A stretch of 64,000 nucleotides of DNA, from the NCBI RefSeq assembly GCF_018350175.1, contig NC_058368.1, positions 161,326,001 to 161,390,000 of the forward strand, in the 5' to 3' direction. The notes below the pieces were generated by a model that was not told the DNA's origin, made no database searches, and was given only the letters and a program-made list of their open reading frames with translations. The stretch comes from Felis catus (taxonomy: Eukaryota). Numbering within the stretch: position 1 is the stretch's first letter; every line of letters starts with the position of its first letter. A program made the translations under genes and the position numbers. Positions 39,330 to 49,790 of the stretch are shown here, in pieces.

Positions 39330-39491
39330 TGCAGCTAAATTATAGCAAGCCACAGAGGGGCATTTAACCATGTCACCACATGTTCTTTGTCTTGGCTCAG
39401 TTTGGCCCCTTGCGTAGTCTTTACTACCTACTTCTACTTCTCACCAATCCTTATAATGTTCTCGTCTGTGTAACTCCACATCTTTCCTTTA

Positions 39492-39745
39492 TTTTTTCTT
39501 AAATACTGAGGCTATGAAAGAGTCTATTCCTACTCTTTTTTTTTTTAAGTTCATTTATTTGTATTGAGAGAGATTAAAAAAAAAAGTAAAAGTGGGGAAG
39601 GGCAGAGAGGTAGAGAGAGAGAGAATTACAAGCTGGCTCTGCACTGTCAACGCAAAGCCTGATGTAGGGCTCAAACTCACGAACTGTGAGATCATGACCT
39701 GAGTCAAAGTCAGATGCTTAACCCACTGAGCCACCCAGGTGCCCC
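39492..39745 (-). mobile_element. Can-SINE with an extra 3' tag
   Basis: SINE body at 39536-39745; apparent TSD cacatctttc(c)ttta at 39477-39491 and 39746-39759. Confidence 0.9.
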
Positions 39746-40508
39746 CACATCTTTCTTTACACACCTTCCATCAAGCTTTTTCCTTTTATTGTTTGTTTTT
39801 TAAATCATTTTTATAGTACAATTTATTCATTCATTAGGAATTCGCCTTTTTAAAAATCTGTCAGCGTTAAGTTTAGAATTGTTTTTTATTCTGTTATTGC
39901 TCTGGTTACAAAGTTGCAGAGTTTGATGGGTTTGGCCCCAATTCTATCTTTCATGTAAGATTTATTTGTTGCATACAATTTGGCAGAATATAAGGTTTTC
40001 CAGGAATACATATACCACATTATGAAATATGTGTGTTTTGTTTTTCTCTTTATTCTTTCCACAAAAGAGAACTAAAACTTCCTTTATTGGCTTATCAGAT
40101 CTCAAATAGAGGGCAATCAATCCTAAATCTATATTGCTTATATAAATATCAGTTTACAATATTTAGTGATATACTTGCTATTTTCACTTTTCTCATTATT
40201 ATGACAAATTTATTAAAAATAACTTTTATTCTTTTTTCTCGACCAACTAGCTTCCCTTCCAATCACCCCGTTAATTTTCAACACTTAAATATTAGCAGTT
40301 AACTACTGTACTAACTGTGCCCTTCTTAGCCAGACTCAGTTACCAAGATTTTGATGTTTTTGCCTTTGTAATTCTTTCATGATAAATTTTGGCCTCTAAT
40401 GCTAAGCTCCCAAAGTGTGGTTCATGCATCTCTAAAGAATAACAAAATTATTTAAGGTTATTATAAAGCTTTTTTTAATATACACATTTTTATAGATATT
40501 CTCTTTTA

Positions 40509-40719
40509 AAGTTTTTTTAAGATTTATTTTGAGAGAAAGAAAGAGCACATTAGCAGGGGAGGGGCATAGGGAGAGGGAGAGGGAGAGAGAGAATCCCAAG
40601 CAGGCTCCATGATGTCAGTGCAAAGCCCTATCCAGGGCTCAAACTCACAAACCAGGAGATCATGACCTGAGCCCAGATCAAGAGTCAGACACTTAACTGA
40701 CTGAGTCACCCATGCACCC
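40509..40719 (-). mobile_element. Can-SINE
   Basis: TSD at(a/g)gata(t/c)tctctttta at 40492-40508 and 40720-40736. Confidence 0.94.
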
Positions 40720-40768
40720 ATGGATACTCTCTTTTATACTAAGTAAATTGGTATATTTTTTATGTCAG

Positions 40769-41273
40769 TGTTGGGGAGGGCAAAGTTTTACTCAACTTCC
40801 TTAAGAGTTCTTGCCTGAAACAGAAAATTAAATTGACAAAGGCATGTTTGTAGGAAAAAAGTATCCACATTTCTTTAATGTAAGTTTTATGTGACATGGA
40901 GCCTTCATAAGGAAATGAAGACCTGAAGAAACAGTTCGATCTTAGTATTTTATGGTAGGTTTCATGAAGAGTGGGCAGTTGTGCAGAAATATGACAGATC
41001 AAGGAGTATGAGCTAAGTGTTGTAAACTAGAGAAAATTGATCAAGGCCTGTTTATCTAGATTCTTCCTGGCATCGCTTCATTTTTGGAGGCTGCTTTCCT
41101 CTGGATATAGGGATGATGACTCTCACATGAGGGTTTTATGATCTGTTTCAGGGGAGAAGGGTGGAGGGAGGATGGGAGACTTTCCTGCCACTGTTATTCT
41201 CTCAAACTACTTTAGCTTAAAATACTTAATATACCAAGGAGCCATGATGGGGTAGCATGTCCTGAACCCATCA
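40769..41273 (-). mobile_element. ERV1-class solo LTR
   Basis: TG...CA termini with short inverted repeat tgttggg / cccatca, about 505 bp; end gcttaaaatacttaatataccaagg...ggggtagcatgtcctgaacccatca resembles MER34/MER39-group LTRs. Confidence 0.7.
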
Positions 41274-42153
41274 TTGGGGGTTATGAAATAAAACTGCCAA
41301 TGTTTTAAGTTGCTTAATTTAAAATTGCATTAAGAATTACAAGTACTACGCAAAAGTTGAAAAATCTATGATGGCTATATATAGCAGAATAAGAACTAAG
41401 AAACTATAGAATAAATGGGGTTTAGATCATTTTCCCATTTCCACATTCCATTCCCTATTGAAGGCAACAGGGAAGCACCAGAGAATTTTTGAGAGTGACT
41501 GATGTGATCACACTGATCTTGGTAATGTCTGTAAACTGGGAGTTGATGTTCTACTTGAAATGCAAAAAAGGTTAGAAAGAGTTTGAGATCAAAGAATAGA
41601 GCAAGCAAAATCTTAGGTCATCTCTGGCAGATGCCATAGGGAAATGGAGCCCTTCACATCTCCCCCTACCCACCCATCTCCTCTTGTTTTTCTCAGTCAG
41701 GGTGGTAACACAAAGTATGCTAAGACACCAAGGTTGCAGGCCTAGCATAAAAATGTTACAAAGCAGTTTGCCTAATACATCTCATGTTCTAATTCAGATT
41801 AAGCTTAAGAGACAAAAAAAATATCTATTTGTAAACCACATATGTTCTAACTGTACTACATTCAAAGGTGAGAAAACCATTAGTGATTAGGAGGCAGACA
41901 CACATATATATTCTATATTGTTTGCCATATAGAAAATGTAACAATAGCCCTGATATATTAGGGATGTGGGAATCCTGATCACATCAACATTGTGATTTCA
42001 AGTCCGGAGTCATGATTTAAATTATCCGCTGCTTTATCTTCATTGCCATGAATGTCATTGAGGTTCAAGTCCTTATTAATTCATTTCTGATGTACTAAAA
42101 TACCTGAAATACTAGTTTTACTCTTCCTCTGGCAAATACTCTGTACATTTTTT

Positions 42154-42331
42154 TAATGTTTATTTATTTTTTAGAGAGAGAATGTGGGTGGCAGAGGGGC
42201 AAAGAGGGGGGTGGACAGAGGATCCAAAGCAGGCTCTGTGCTGACAACCCCGAGCCCAGTGCGGGGCTCAAACTCACGAACTGTGAGATAATGACCGGAG
42301 CCAAAGTTGGACAAGGCCACCCAGGAGCCCT
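42154..42331 (-). mobile_element. Can-SINE (short, internally deleted)
   Basis: Perfect 17-bp TSD tactctgtacatttttt at 42137-42153 and 42332-42348. Confidence 0.95.
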
Positions 42332-42589
42332 TACTCTGTACATTTTTTAATTGAATTTCTTGCAACAGATTTTCTTTTCCCCACCACACTTGATACCATT
42401 ATGCATGTGACTATAGAGTCTTCCTTAAAATTTTGATCATCACATAAACTTTCCATAACTCTTTTCTAACCTTAGATAATAATAATAAAAAGTTGTATCT
42501 AAAGTTACCAGATCGGCGTCCAAGCAATTATCCAACAATGTCTTACTCTACCTGTCCAACATCATCATTATCATAATCAACCATGCCAA

Positions 42590-42760
42590 CAGCAATGTTT
42601 ATTGCATGCCTATAATATGCACTGTGCCATGCACAATTGAAAATTATAAAGAAGTATGAAATCTTGTTCTGGCCCATAAGAGTTTACTTAATCAGTAGAG
42701 ATTTCATACAAATTGATATATAAATTGGAGAATAATATAAAAGAATTACTAACTGAAGGA
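42590..42760 (-). mobile_element. L2 3'-end relic
   Basis: aatgtttattgcatgcctataat...cactgtgc...ctggcccataagagtttac. Confidence 0.5.
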
Positions 42761-44601
42761 CACACGCAGAAAATTCTATAAAGGCTTGAAAGAAAGATCA
42801 AGCTTGCACATATCTGGTTATTTTAATTGTTACTCCCTCCAATGAGAGAGTCCATTCCTCAAGCCAGATTAGCCTCCTCATTTTTGTTGAGTCATGAAAT
42901 ATTCAAACGCTTCTAAGTGCTGTGTTCATTTTACTTGGCAAAGCACTCCAAGGCGTCACCATTTTACCAAATTTTAATATTTAATTTCAATTTAACTTAG
43001 ATTTTCTAACCTCAGTTAAAACATTTAATTCTACATAGTTTTGCTTAAAGAAATATATACTGCCATTAGATGAAATTAGAAATCTCTTCTGGGTTAAGCA
43101 GCTTGTCTTTTCATGGTCATGGTTACCTCACAGAAACGAATAATATGCATTTCCTTTGATTTATGCATTTTGCACAAAATTAAAATATTTTGCAATTAAA
43201 TTAAAATAGTCACTGTTGTCGCTAAGTATTTTTAAATAAAATGGGCAATGCATACATATATAAGATATATAATCATATGATTATGATATATATATATATC
43301 AGGTTAAATTGCTTTTGATTTTAAATTATAAAATCTCTTACAGAAGGTTTTAGGACAGTTAACCAATAAAGAAATTCTCAATTTTTGAGAAAGTACCTTT
43401 TACATTAATAAGTTTAGAAGTAATGTTTTATTAAAAACCAGATTTTCACATTTCTTAGGCTGCAGAGTACAAACAAATGGGAAATTTATTCCACTGTGAA
43501 AACAAAAAAGGTGAGAATTTCAGAGACTTTTATTTTGGCATTCCCATGTTTTAAAAGCTGTATGTGTTGTATTTCAGAGGTCTTAAATTGTGTATTTTAC
43601 TGAGACAGAGGTTCAAACATTGCCAAGCATGACCTTTAAATTCAGTTTCTCCTAAAACTAAAAAATATGTTCTGAGTCTTCCATTTCTTTTTACATCAGT
43701 TTCAATTTAAGCAACTAATGGTCCTGTTATGATCACCATCTTCTTCTTAGAATCTGGACTTTTCCCTAAACAGAAATAAAATGAGGCTCCTACAAGGCAA
43801 GATAGTTATTTGGTATGCTTGCCAATATTCTTGTGGAAGAAGTAAGTGGCAGGATATCTAAGACATCCAGATTTAAATATAGAAATAAAAAATTCTTGAC
43901 ATTTCATAAAATTGAAGAGGTTGATCATAGTTTCATAAAACTCACTGATTTTATTATAGTGTTCTGAGCTTTTCCAAAGTTTCCCTACTAAGTTTAACTG
44001 TAATGCTTCCTTGTGGACTACTTAATATAATACTCTGAGTAAAGATACTGTTTGCATTCTGCCCAAATTTTCTTAAAATTCTTTCTTTACCAGTATTAGT
44101 TCACAAAGTTGCTTTAGGTCAGAATCTTTAAAGCAATCTCATCTATAAAGATTTCATTTTGACCTTTCTTACAAACTGTTTTCATTAAATTATTACATGC
44201 AACAGAGCTACCTTTAGAGACGGAGAAGTGTAACTTGTTCTGAATGCAACTGTTTAGTGTCTGAAATTCATACTTGCTTTCCCCCTATTTTGGCTTTCAA
44301 ACAACTTGGTGGGGGTCAGGAGAAGCATAGATATATTACTAAGTTTCTGCTTGGCAACTCTACAAATGACTCCTACACTAATCTCCCATGCCTTTGGGGC
44401 TGCTGCTAAGGAGCTGTGATAATGGAACTAGAGGCAAATCAACCTAGCCCTCTAATGCTTGACTAGTTTCAACTTATTGGCATAAGTTTCTACTAGGGTC
44501 TCCCTGAATTAGTACTGTTTTATTCACATACTCAGCATCTCCTACTGTAGGTCAAAAGGGAACTGCTTCCTGGGAAAGAATGTGAGTAATCTGGCTGAGA
44601 A

Positions 44602-45105
44602 ATGTGCTGGATTGAGTGAAATTGTGTTGGCCACTCTGCCCCATTTTTCTCCTTCTCTGGTCTCCTATCATAGGAGCTGGAAGCCTGGGGACTACATTTT
44701 CAAGAATTCCTGCCAGTATGGTCTTAGGTTAGATTCTGCCAATGAGAGGCACTAGTGTAATTCTGGAAGGCATAAGAAAAGCAAGAGCATTATTCTCATG
44801 GCTGTGGACAGCAATTACCAAGGCTTTTCTAGGAGCTTCCTGGTGTCCTCCAAGGAAATCACCTGCTTTAATGCAGGAGGCAGTGAAATCAGTGGCAATG
44901 ATTTTTCATAATCTGAAAATTTTCTGGTTTCCTAAATGTTACAGTGGCTTCTCTAACCTCTTCTTCCCCAGACCTTTTAATGTTTTTTTAATACCCACTA
45001 TTAAGCCATTTGCCGTGTGAAACAGCTAGAGTTTTGTTTTTTGTTTGTTTGTTTGTTTTGTTTTGTTTTTTTCTAGTTTCCTCACTGAACACCAATAGAT
45101 ATAGA
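44602..45105 (+). mobile_element. ERVL-class LTR (LTR33/LTR16 group)
   Basis: ggagctggaagcctggggactacattttc...ggttagattctgccaatgagaggcact and a U5-like end tagtttcctcactgaacacc. Confidence 0.65.
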
Positions 45106-45708
45106 GACTCTTGAAGAAAAGGAATCCAGAACTCATCTCCTTTTGGTGGTTCTGATTGAGGAAAGAAAACCAAGGATACCAAACAGGAACACACCAAGAG
45201 GAAAAGTTGGAAATAGGCTGGTGACCTGTAATCAGCTCCAGGGATATCCACACAGTTTATTTGGCAATGAATAACTAAGGACAAAAATCATCTGTCCTAG
45301 GCAAGCAGGTAAAATGACTAGGCTTTGGAATTATTAGCTGGGCATGCAAATGACAACTAAAAGTTTTAACCTTGAAAGCATGTAAAATACCATCTCTGCT
45401 CGTGCAGATATTAAGCTCAGCAAGAGCCACTTCAGCATTAAAGACAGATGCATCCTATCTCATCTCCATCCCTCACAGAAACAGAAAGTCATCATCAGCA
45501 GAGATCCTCCCAATCCTCCAGCAAATCTGCAAACAGACCTACATCTGAAGGCTTTCCTTTTTCATAATAATAGAGGAATCCTGTGCAAGCCAGTTGAAGA
45601 CTAGGACCTGTTTTCTCAGTGATCTGCAGCTTTTAGTTATCCTGTCTGCCTCTTCAAGTCTATGCTACCAAAAATCCTGTTAATGTGCTTGCTCCAGGAA
45701 TTCGCAAC

Positions 45709-45783
45709 TACAAAAAGATCTCTTTTAACCACTATTAGAGTCTACCGTACAAAAGGTCTCTTTTAACTGATATTAAAGTCTAC
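45709..45783. repeat. Two-copy tandem duplication, unit ~38 bp
   Basis: tacaaaaagatctcttttaaccactattagagtctac versus tacaaaaggtctcttttaactgatattaaagtctac. Confidence 0.85.
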
Positions 45784-46106
45784 TTTTCCTGCCTTATTAT
45801 TGGCCAAACTTTTCAAAAAATATTTTTATTTGTACTGTTTCTGTTTTTCTACTTCCAAACATCTGTCAGCCCATTCCAGTTTAGCTTCTTTAAATCTTCA
45901 GTATTTCTCAAAAAACTTCTCTGGCTATGGTCATTCATTCATTCATGTATTTTTTCATTTAACGCATATTTACACAGGCTAACTTGTAATATATATCTTT
46001 ATACATATATATGTATATATCTTTATATATATCTTTTACATATACATTATGTATATACACATATATATGTGTGTACATATATAATTCCTTCCATAATGCT
46101 GCACTA

Positions 46107-46150
46107 TAGATAGATGATAGATAGATGATAGATAGATAGATAGATAGATA

Positions 46151-46191
<41 letters not shown>
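46107..46191. repeat. (GATA)n(GA)n compound microsatellite in a TA/CA-rich low-complexity block (45990-46355)
   Basis: Directly visible. Confidence 0.95.
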
Positions 46192-46196
<5 letters not shown>

Positions 46197-46580
46197 GATA
46201 GTGATATTTCCTATATCCAGTTATTGTCATTTCCCAGCCAGTGGAAAAGGCAAAAGAATGAAATGAAGGACAAGCAGCATTTAAGGATATAAACCGAAAG
46301 TTGTACACATCATTTTGTACACACACACACACACACACATATGCACATATATATGTAAAAGGGAAAGTGTCTCTGCCTTGATTGATGTTGCAAATGCAAT
46401 CAACATCTTTGCCTAATCATTTATTCTTTGTAAAATAAGAAAAAAACATAGTACAAGCTTATTGCAACAAGATATAAAATATGAGGATAGATACATAAAA
46501 GAAAATGTAATATATTTCCGCAACCAGTTGATTTAACAGTTTAATGTAGATTCTTCCACACATATCTCTATACTCACATA

Positions 46581-46657
46581 ATTCAGGTTGTAACACATGA
46601 AATTGCTGATATTCAACTGTTTTTTGCTTATAACAGTTATCAAATGATTCAATACAT
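46581..46657. mobile_element. MADE2-like mariner MITE relic
   Basis: caggttgtaacacatgaaattgctgatattcaactgttttt...cagttatcaaatgattcaa resembles the ~80-bp MADE2 palindrome. Confidence 0.55.
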
Positions 46658-46723
46658 ATGTACATGTATATTTTCATTTATTTTAAAATAGTTTTTGAGC
46701 AATTTTCAAGTAATACTTTATAA

Positions 46724-46918
46724 TTTTTTTAACTTTTATTTATTTTGAGAGAAAGACAGCATGAGCAGTGGCAGAGAGGGAAAAGAGAGAATTCCAAGCA
46801 GGCTCTACACTATTAGTGCAGAGCCTGACACAGGGCTTGAATCCACGAACTGTGAGATTATGACCTGAGACGAAATCAAGAGTCAGATGCTTACCTGGCT
46901 GAGCCACCCAGGTGTCCC
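46724..46918 (-). mobile_element. Can-SINE
   Basis: Reverse head gagccacccaggtgtccc, body and T-rich tail. Confidence 0.93.
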
Positions 46919-46947
46919 AAATAACATTTTAAAAATATAAATGGTTC

Positions 46948-47130
46948 GGGGTTCTGACTCTTGATTTTGGCTCAGGTCACACTCTCACGGTGATGAGATT
47001 AAGCCCTGCATCGGACTCTGTGCTGGCAGTGTAAGCCTGCTTGGGATTCTCTCTCTCCCTCTTCCTTTGCCCCTCCCAAAACATGTGCTCAACACACATA
47101 CACACGCAGACTCTCCCTCTCTCAAAAAAC
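46948..47130 (+). mobile_element. Can-SINE lacking the A-box segment
   Basis: gggg jumps directly to ttctgactcttgattttggctcaggtca; TSD core aatggttc at 46940-46947 and 47135-47142. Confidence 0.88.
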
Positions 47131-47171
47131 AATGAATGGTTCAATGAATGGATAATATCTGTGTTCATCTT

Positions 47172-47841
47172 TGCTGGGGAAATATATAAACAAAATCTTC
47201 TGCCAACCCAGGAAAACATTTCCACAAAGGTGGGAGAGAAAATACTTATTGAATGAGCATTACACCAGAATATGATGAGCGTAACTGCAAATCCATTAAG
47301 AAACTGCAAAGGCAGAAGGAAATCTCATTCTTACACAGCCAAGCAGATACAACACATTTCATACGTGTTATCAAGGTAAACAATAACTATTGTTCAAGGA
47401 AGAGGATTTGACAGCATCATTTGTCACACATAGTTCATTCTAAACTCACCTGATAATGAGATGAGTAATTGTGTTAGTTAATTGAATTTACTCAAAAACA
47501 AATTCAATTCTTACCTTTATGATAGGAGGTAGTTCTGCAAGTTGGCCAAGGTTGGGCTCCTCCTACCTGCCCACAGAAATTGGGATATAGGAGTACTATC
47601 TTCTTTAATGATTACATTTCAGAGAGGACTCCCAGGTCCTAGAGAAAGCCATTCCCCGATTGTAAAAATGACAAGGGACTTATTTAGCCTTTAAAAAGAT
47701 TTACATACATTTTAAAGAGATGGAAGGAAAATAACCACAAATTTTCTAAAGTAAATGTCTAAAAAAAAGGAAAGGCAGGACATCTCTTCCCTTATTTTTC
47801 ATAGGTGAATTAAGCCACTTAAACTTGTATTTACTCTTACA
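47172..47841 (-). mobile_element. ERV1 solo LTR (MER67-like)
   Basis: TG...CA termini; the reverse complement begins tgtaagagtaaatacaagtttaagtggcttaattc...aaataagggaagagatg; flanks tctt / tatt fit a decayed 4-bp TSD. Confidence 0.75.
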
Positions 47842-48524
47842 TATTATATATCAAGCATCAAAACATTTACATAAAATTAACTACCTTTCTCTTCATCATT
47901 ATATGTTATCTCTCAATATTTGAATAGTTGGGGTCTCTAGAGTAGTAACTGTATAGGAGGCAGAAAAGTCACTATGGAAAGGTTGGATAAATATATAAAC
48001 TTACAGGATAAGAAAACAAATCCCATAGTCAGTAATCCATGTAGATACTATTTTCAGATAACTGAAAATCATCTACACACAAGTAAATTTCTGTCAACTT
48101 ATATTTTTAGCAAACAATCACGATTAAATTGAATCAATTGTACACAGTACTTTTCTTAATAGTTTAGAAGTAAGAACGTGATTGCTACAGTGAAAAACAC
48201 ATATACTAGATCCTGATGGTAATTAAAATGTATCCCCTTTCCTATTGTAGAAATTCAGTTATACCCTGAAAAACCACAACTAGTAAAACATGAGGGCATA
48301 AATTAAATACACATGGTTATGCAGACAAGGAAATAACACTTAACTCATGTTTTCCTATCTAAATAAGTATACAATATGTTTCACTTTTGCATTCAGGCTA
48401 CCACGTATACATGCTCAATTAGTATACCTATCGTACTAAACTATATTTAATTTTGTATTTCTGATGCTTGCACAGTTCCTGGCACGATGACACCTAATAA
48501 CTGTTTATTAGATTACATGTTAAT

Positions 48525-48738
48525 GGGGCGCCTGGGTGGCGCAGTCGGTTAAGCGTCTGACTTCAGCCAGGTCACGATCTCGCGGTCCGTGAGTTCGAGC
48601 CCCGCATCAGGCTCTGGGCTGATGGCTCAGAGCCTGGAGCCTGTTTCCGATTCTGTGTCTCCCTCTCTCTCTGCCCCTCCCCCGTTCATGCTCTGTCTCT
48701 CTCTGTCCCCCCCAAAAAATAAACGTTGAACAAAAAAA
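48525..48738 (+). mobile_element. Young felid Can-SINE (SINEC_Fc-like)
   Basis: CpG-rich head ggggcgcctgggtggcgcagtcggttaagcg with intact A and B boxes; perfect TSD agattacatgttaa at 48510-48523 and 48739-48752. Confidence 0.97.
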
Positions 48739-49002
48739 AGATTACATGTTAAAGTAATTTTATTTTAAACCTAATAACCATTTATTGAATTAAATTTTAG
48801 AATGACTTTGGTTTAAAAGTATCCAAGGATTAACCTCTCTATTGATCTTAGGATTACTTATTTTCCCAAACAAAACTAGATAATTCAAAAATTCTGTCTG
48901 TCTGCAAGAAAGCTAGTATTTTCAGAATACCACATGAAAGCATTTTACCTGCACTATATTTTTTGACCCTCATAAAAATGCTAAAACATAGATATTTATA
49001 TT

Positions 49003-49380
49003 TATTAGTATATAGACTAAGGTACTAACAGAGACCCAAATATACATTGACTTAAAAAAGTACAGGCTTATTTCTCTCTCAAGGAACATTTAGTACATAG
49101 GGTGATCCCAAGAGTGCTTTGCCAGACTCAAGGTAGAGTTTCTACCTCTGAGTCCAAGATGGTACCATCTCCCACATCCAACTATTGTCATTTCCCATAA
49201 GTGAGAAAAGGAAAACAGAAAATGAAAGACAAGCAGGGGTTTTAAAGAATATTATCTGAAAGCTGCATATATCATTTGTGTACCCCTTTTGCCTAGAACA
49301 AGGTCAGATAGTCACAGTAACAAAGCAGGTTAAGAAACGTAGTCTCTAGCTGGGAGAGCAGTAGTCCTTCTAAAATAATG
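49003..49380 (-). mobile_element. Old MaLR LTR relic (MLT1-like); a related fragment lies at ~46215-46380
   Basis: aacagagacccaaatatacattgacttaaa...ttatttctctctca...tccaagatgg; 49180-49285 aligns by eye to 46217-46320. Confidence 0.6.
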
Positions 49381-49669
49381 TGTATAGTAATGGAGTTGGT
49401 TAAGGTAGACTTACTGGGAATCACTGTGAAGTTAATGTGATATAACTTTTAGAGCTTCCTCCAAGCTCCTGGGGAAGGGGGAGCTAGCAAATTATTCATT
49501 TATTTATTTCACATTCTTTTTTTCCCCTAACACTTTCAAAAGATAAATCTTCCCCTGATACATAGAGCTCACCTATAAAAGATACACAGAGAGAATGAAT
49601 TCTGGATGAAAATTCACTGTCTCTGCCCCAAAATAATTTTCTTGCCCCAAATAATTTCCAAATAATTTC

Positions 49670-49790
49670 CTTTATTTTACCAGTGAGTTCCAAAGAGGTT
49701 AAGTATCTAGCAAAGAGTCACACAGAGTTGGAGCTGAAATTAGAACCTGTAGTCTCAAAGTCTTTTGACTATTATATTTCTAAGGCATCA
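49670..49790 (-). mobile_element. MIR relic
   Basis: attttaccagtgag...agaggttaagtatctagcaaagagtcacacag...ggagctgaaattagaacc. Confidence 0.6.

Noticed and set aside
45709..45783. CRISPR-like repeat unit
   Set aside because: Only two imperfect adjacent copies, no spacers, and a mammalian context.
48525..48610. tRNA-like A/B boxes
   Set aside because: These are the tRNA-derived head of a SINE, followed by (CT)n and an A-tail inside a TSD; not a tRNA gene.
46215..49285. Similarity between ~46215-46320 and ~49180-49285 as a pair of proviral LTRs or a segmental duplication
   Set aside because: Divergence is high and the interval holds unrelated elements; two independent old MaLR LTR relics suffice.
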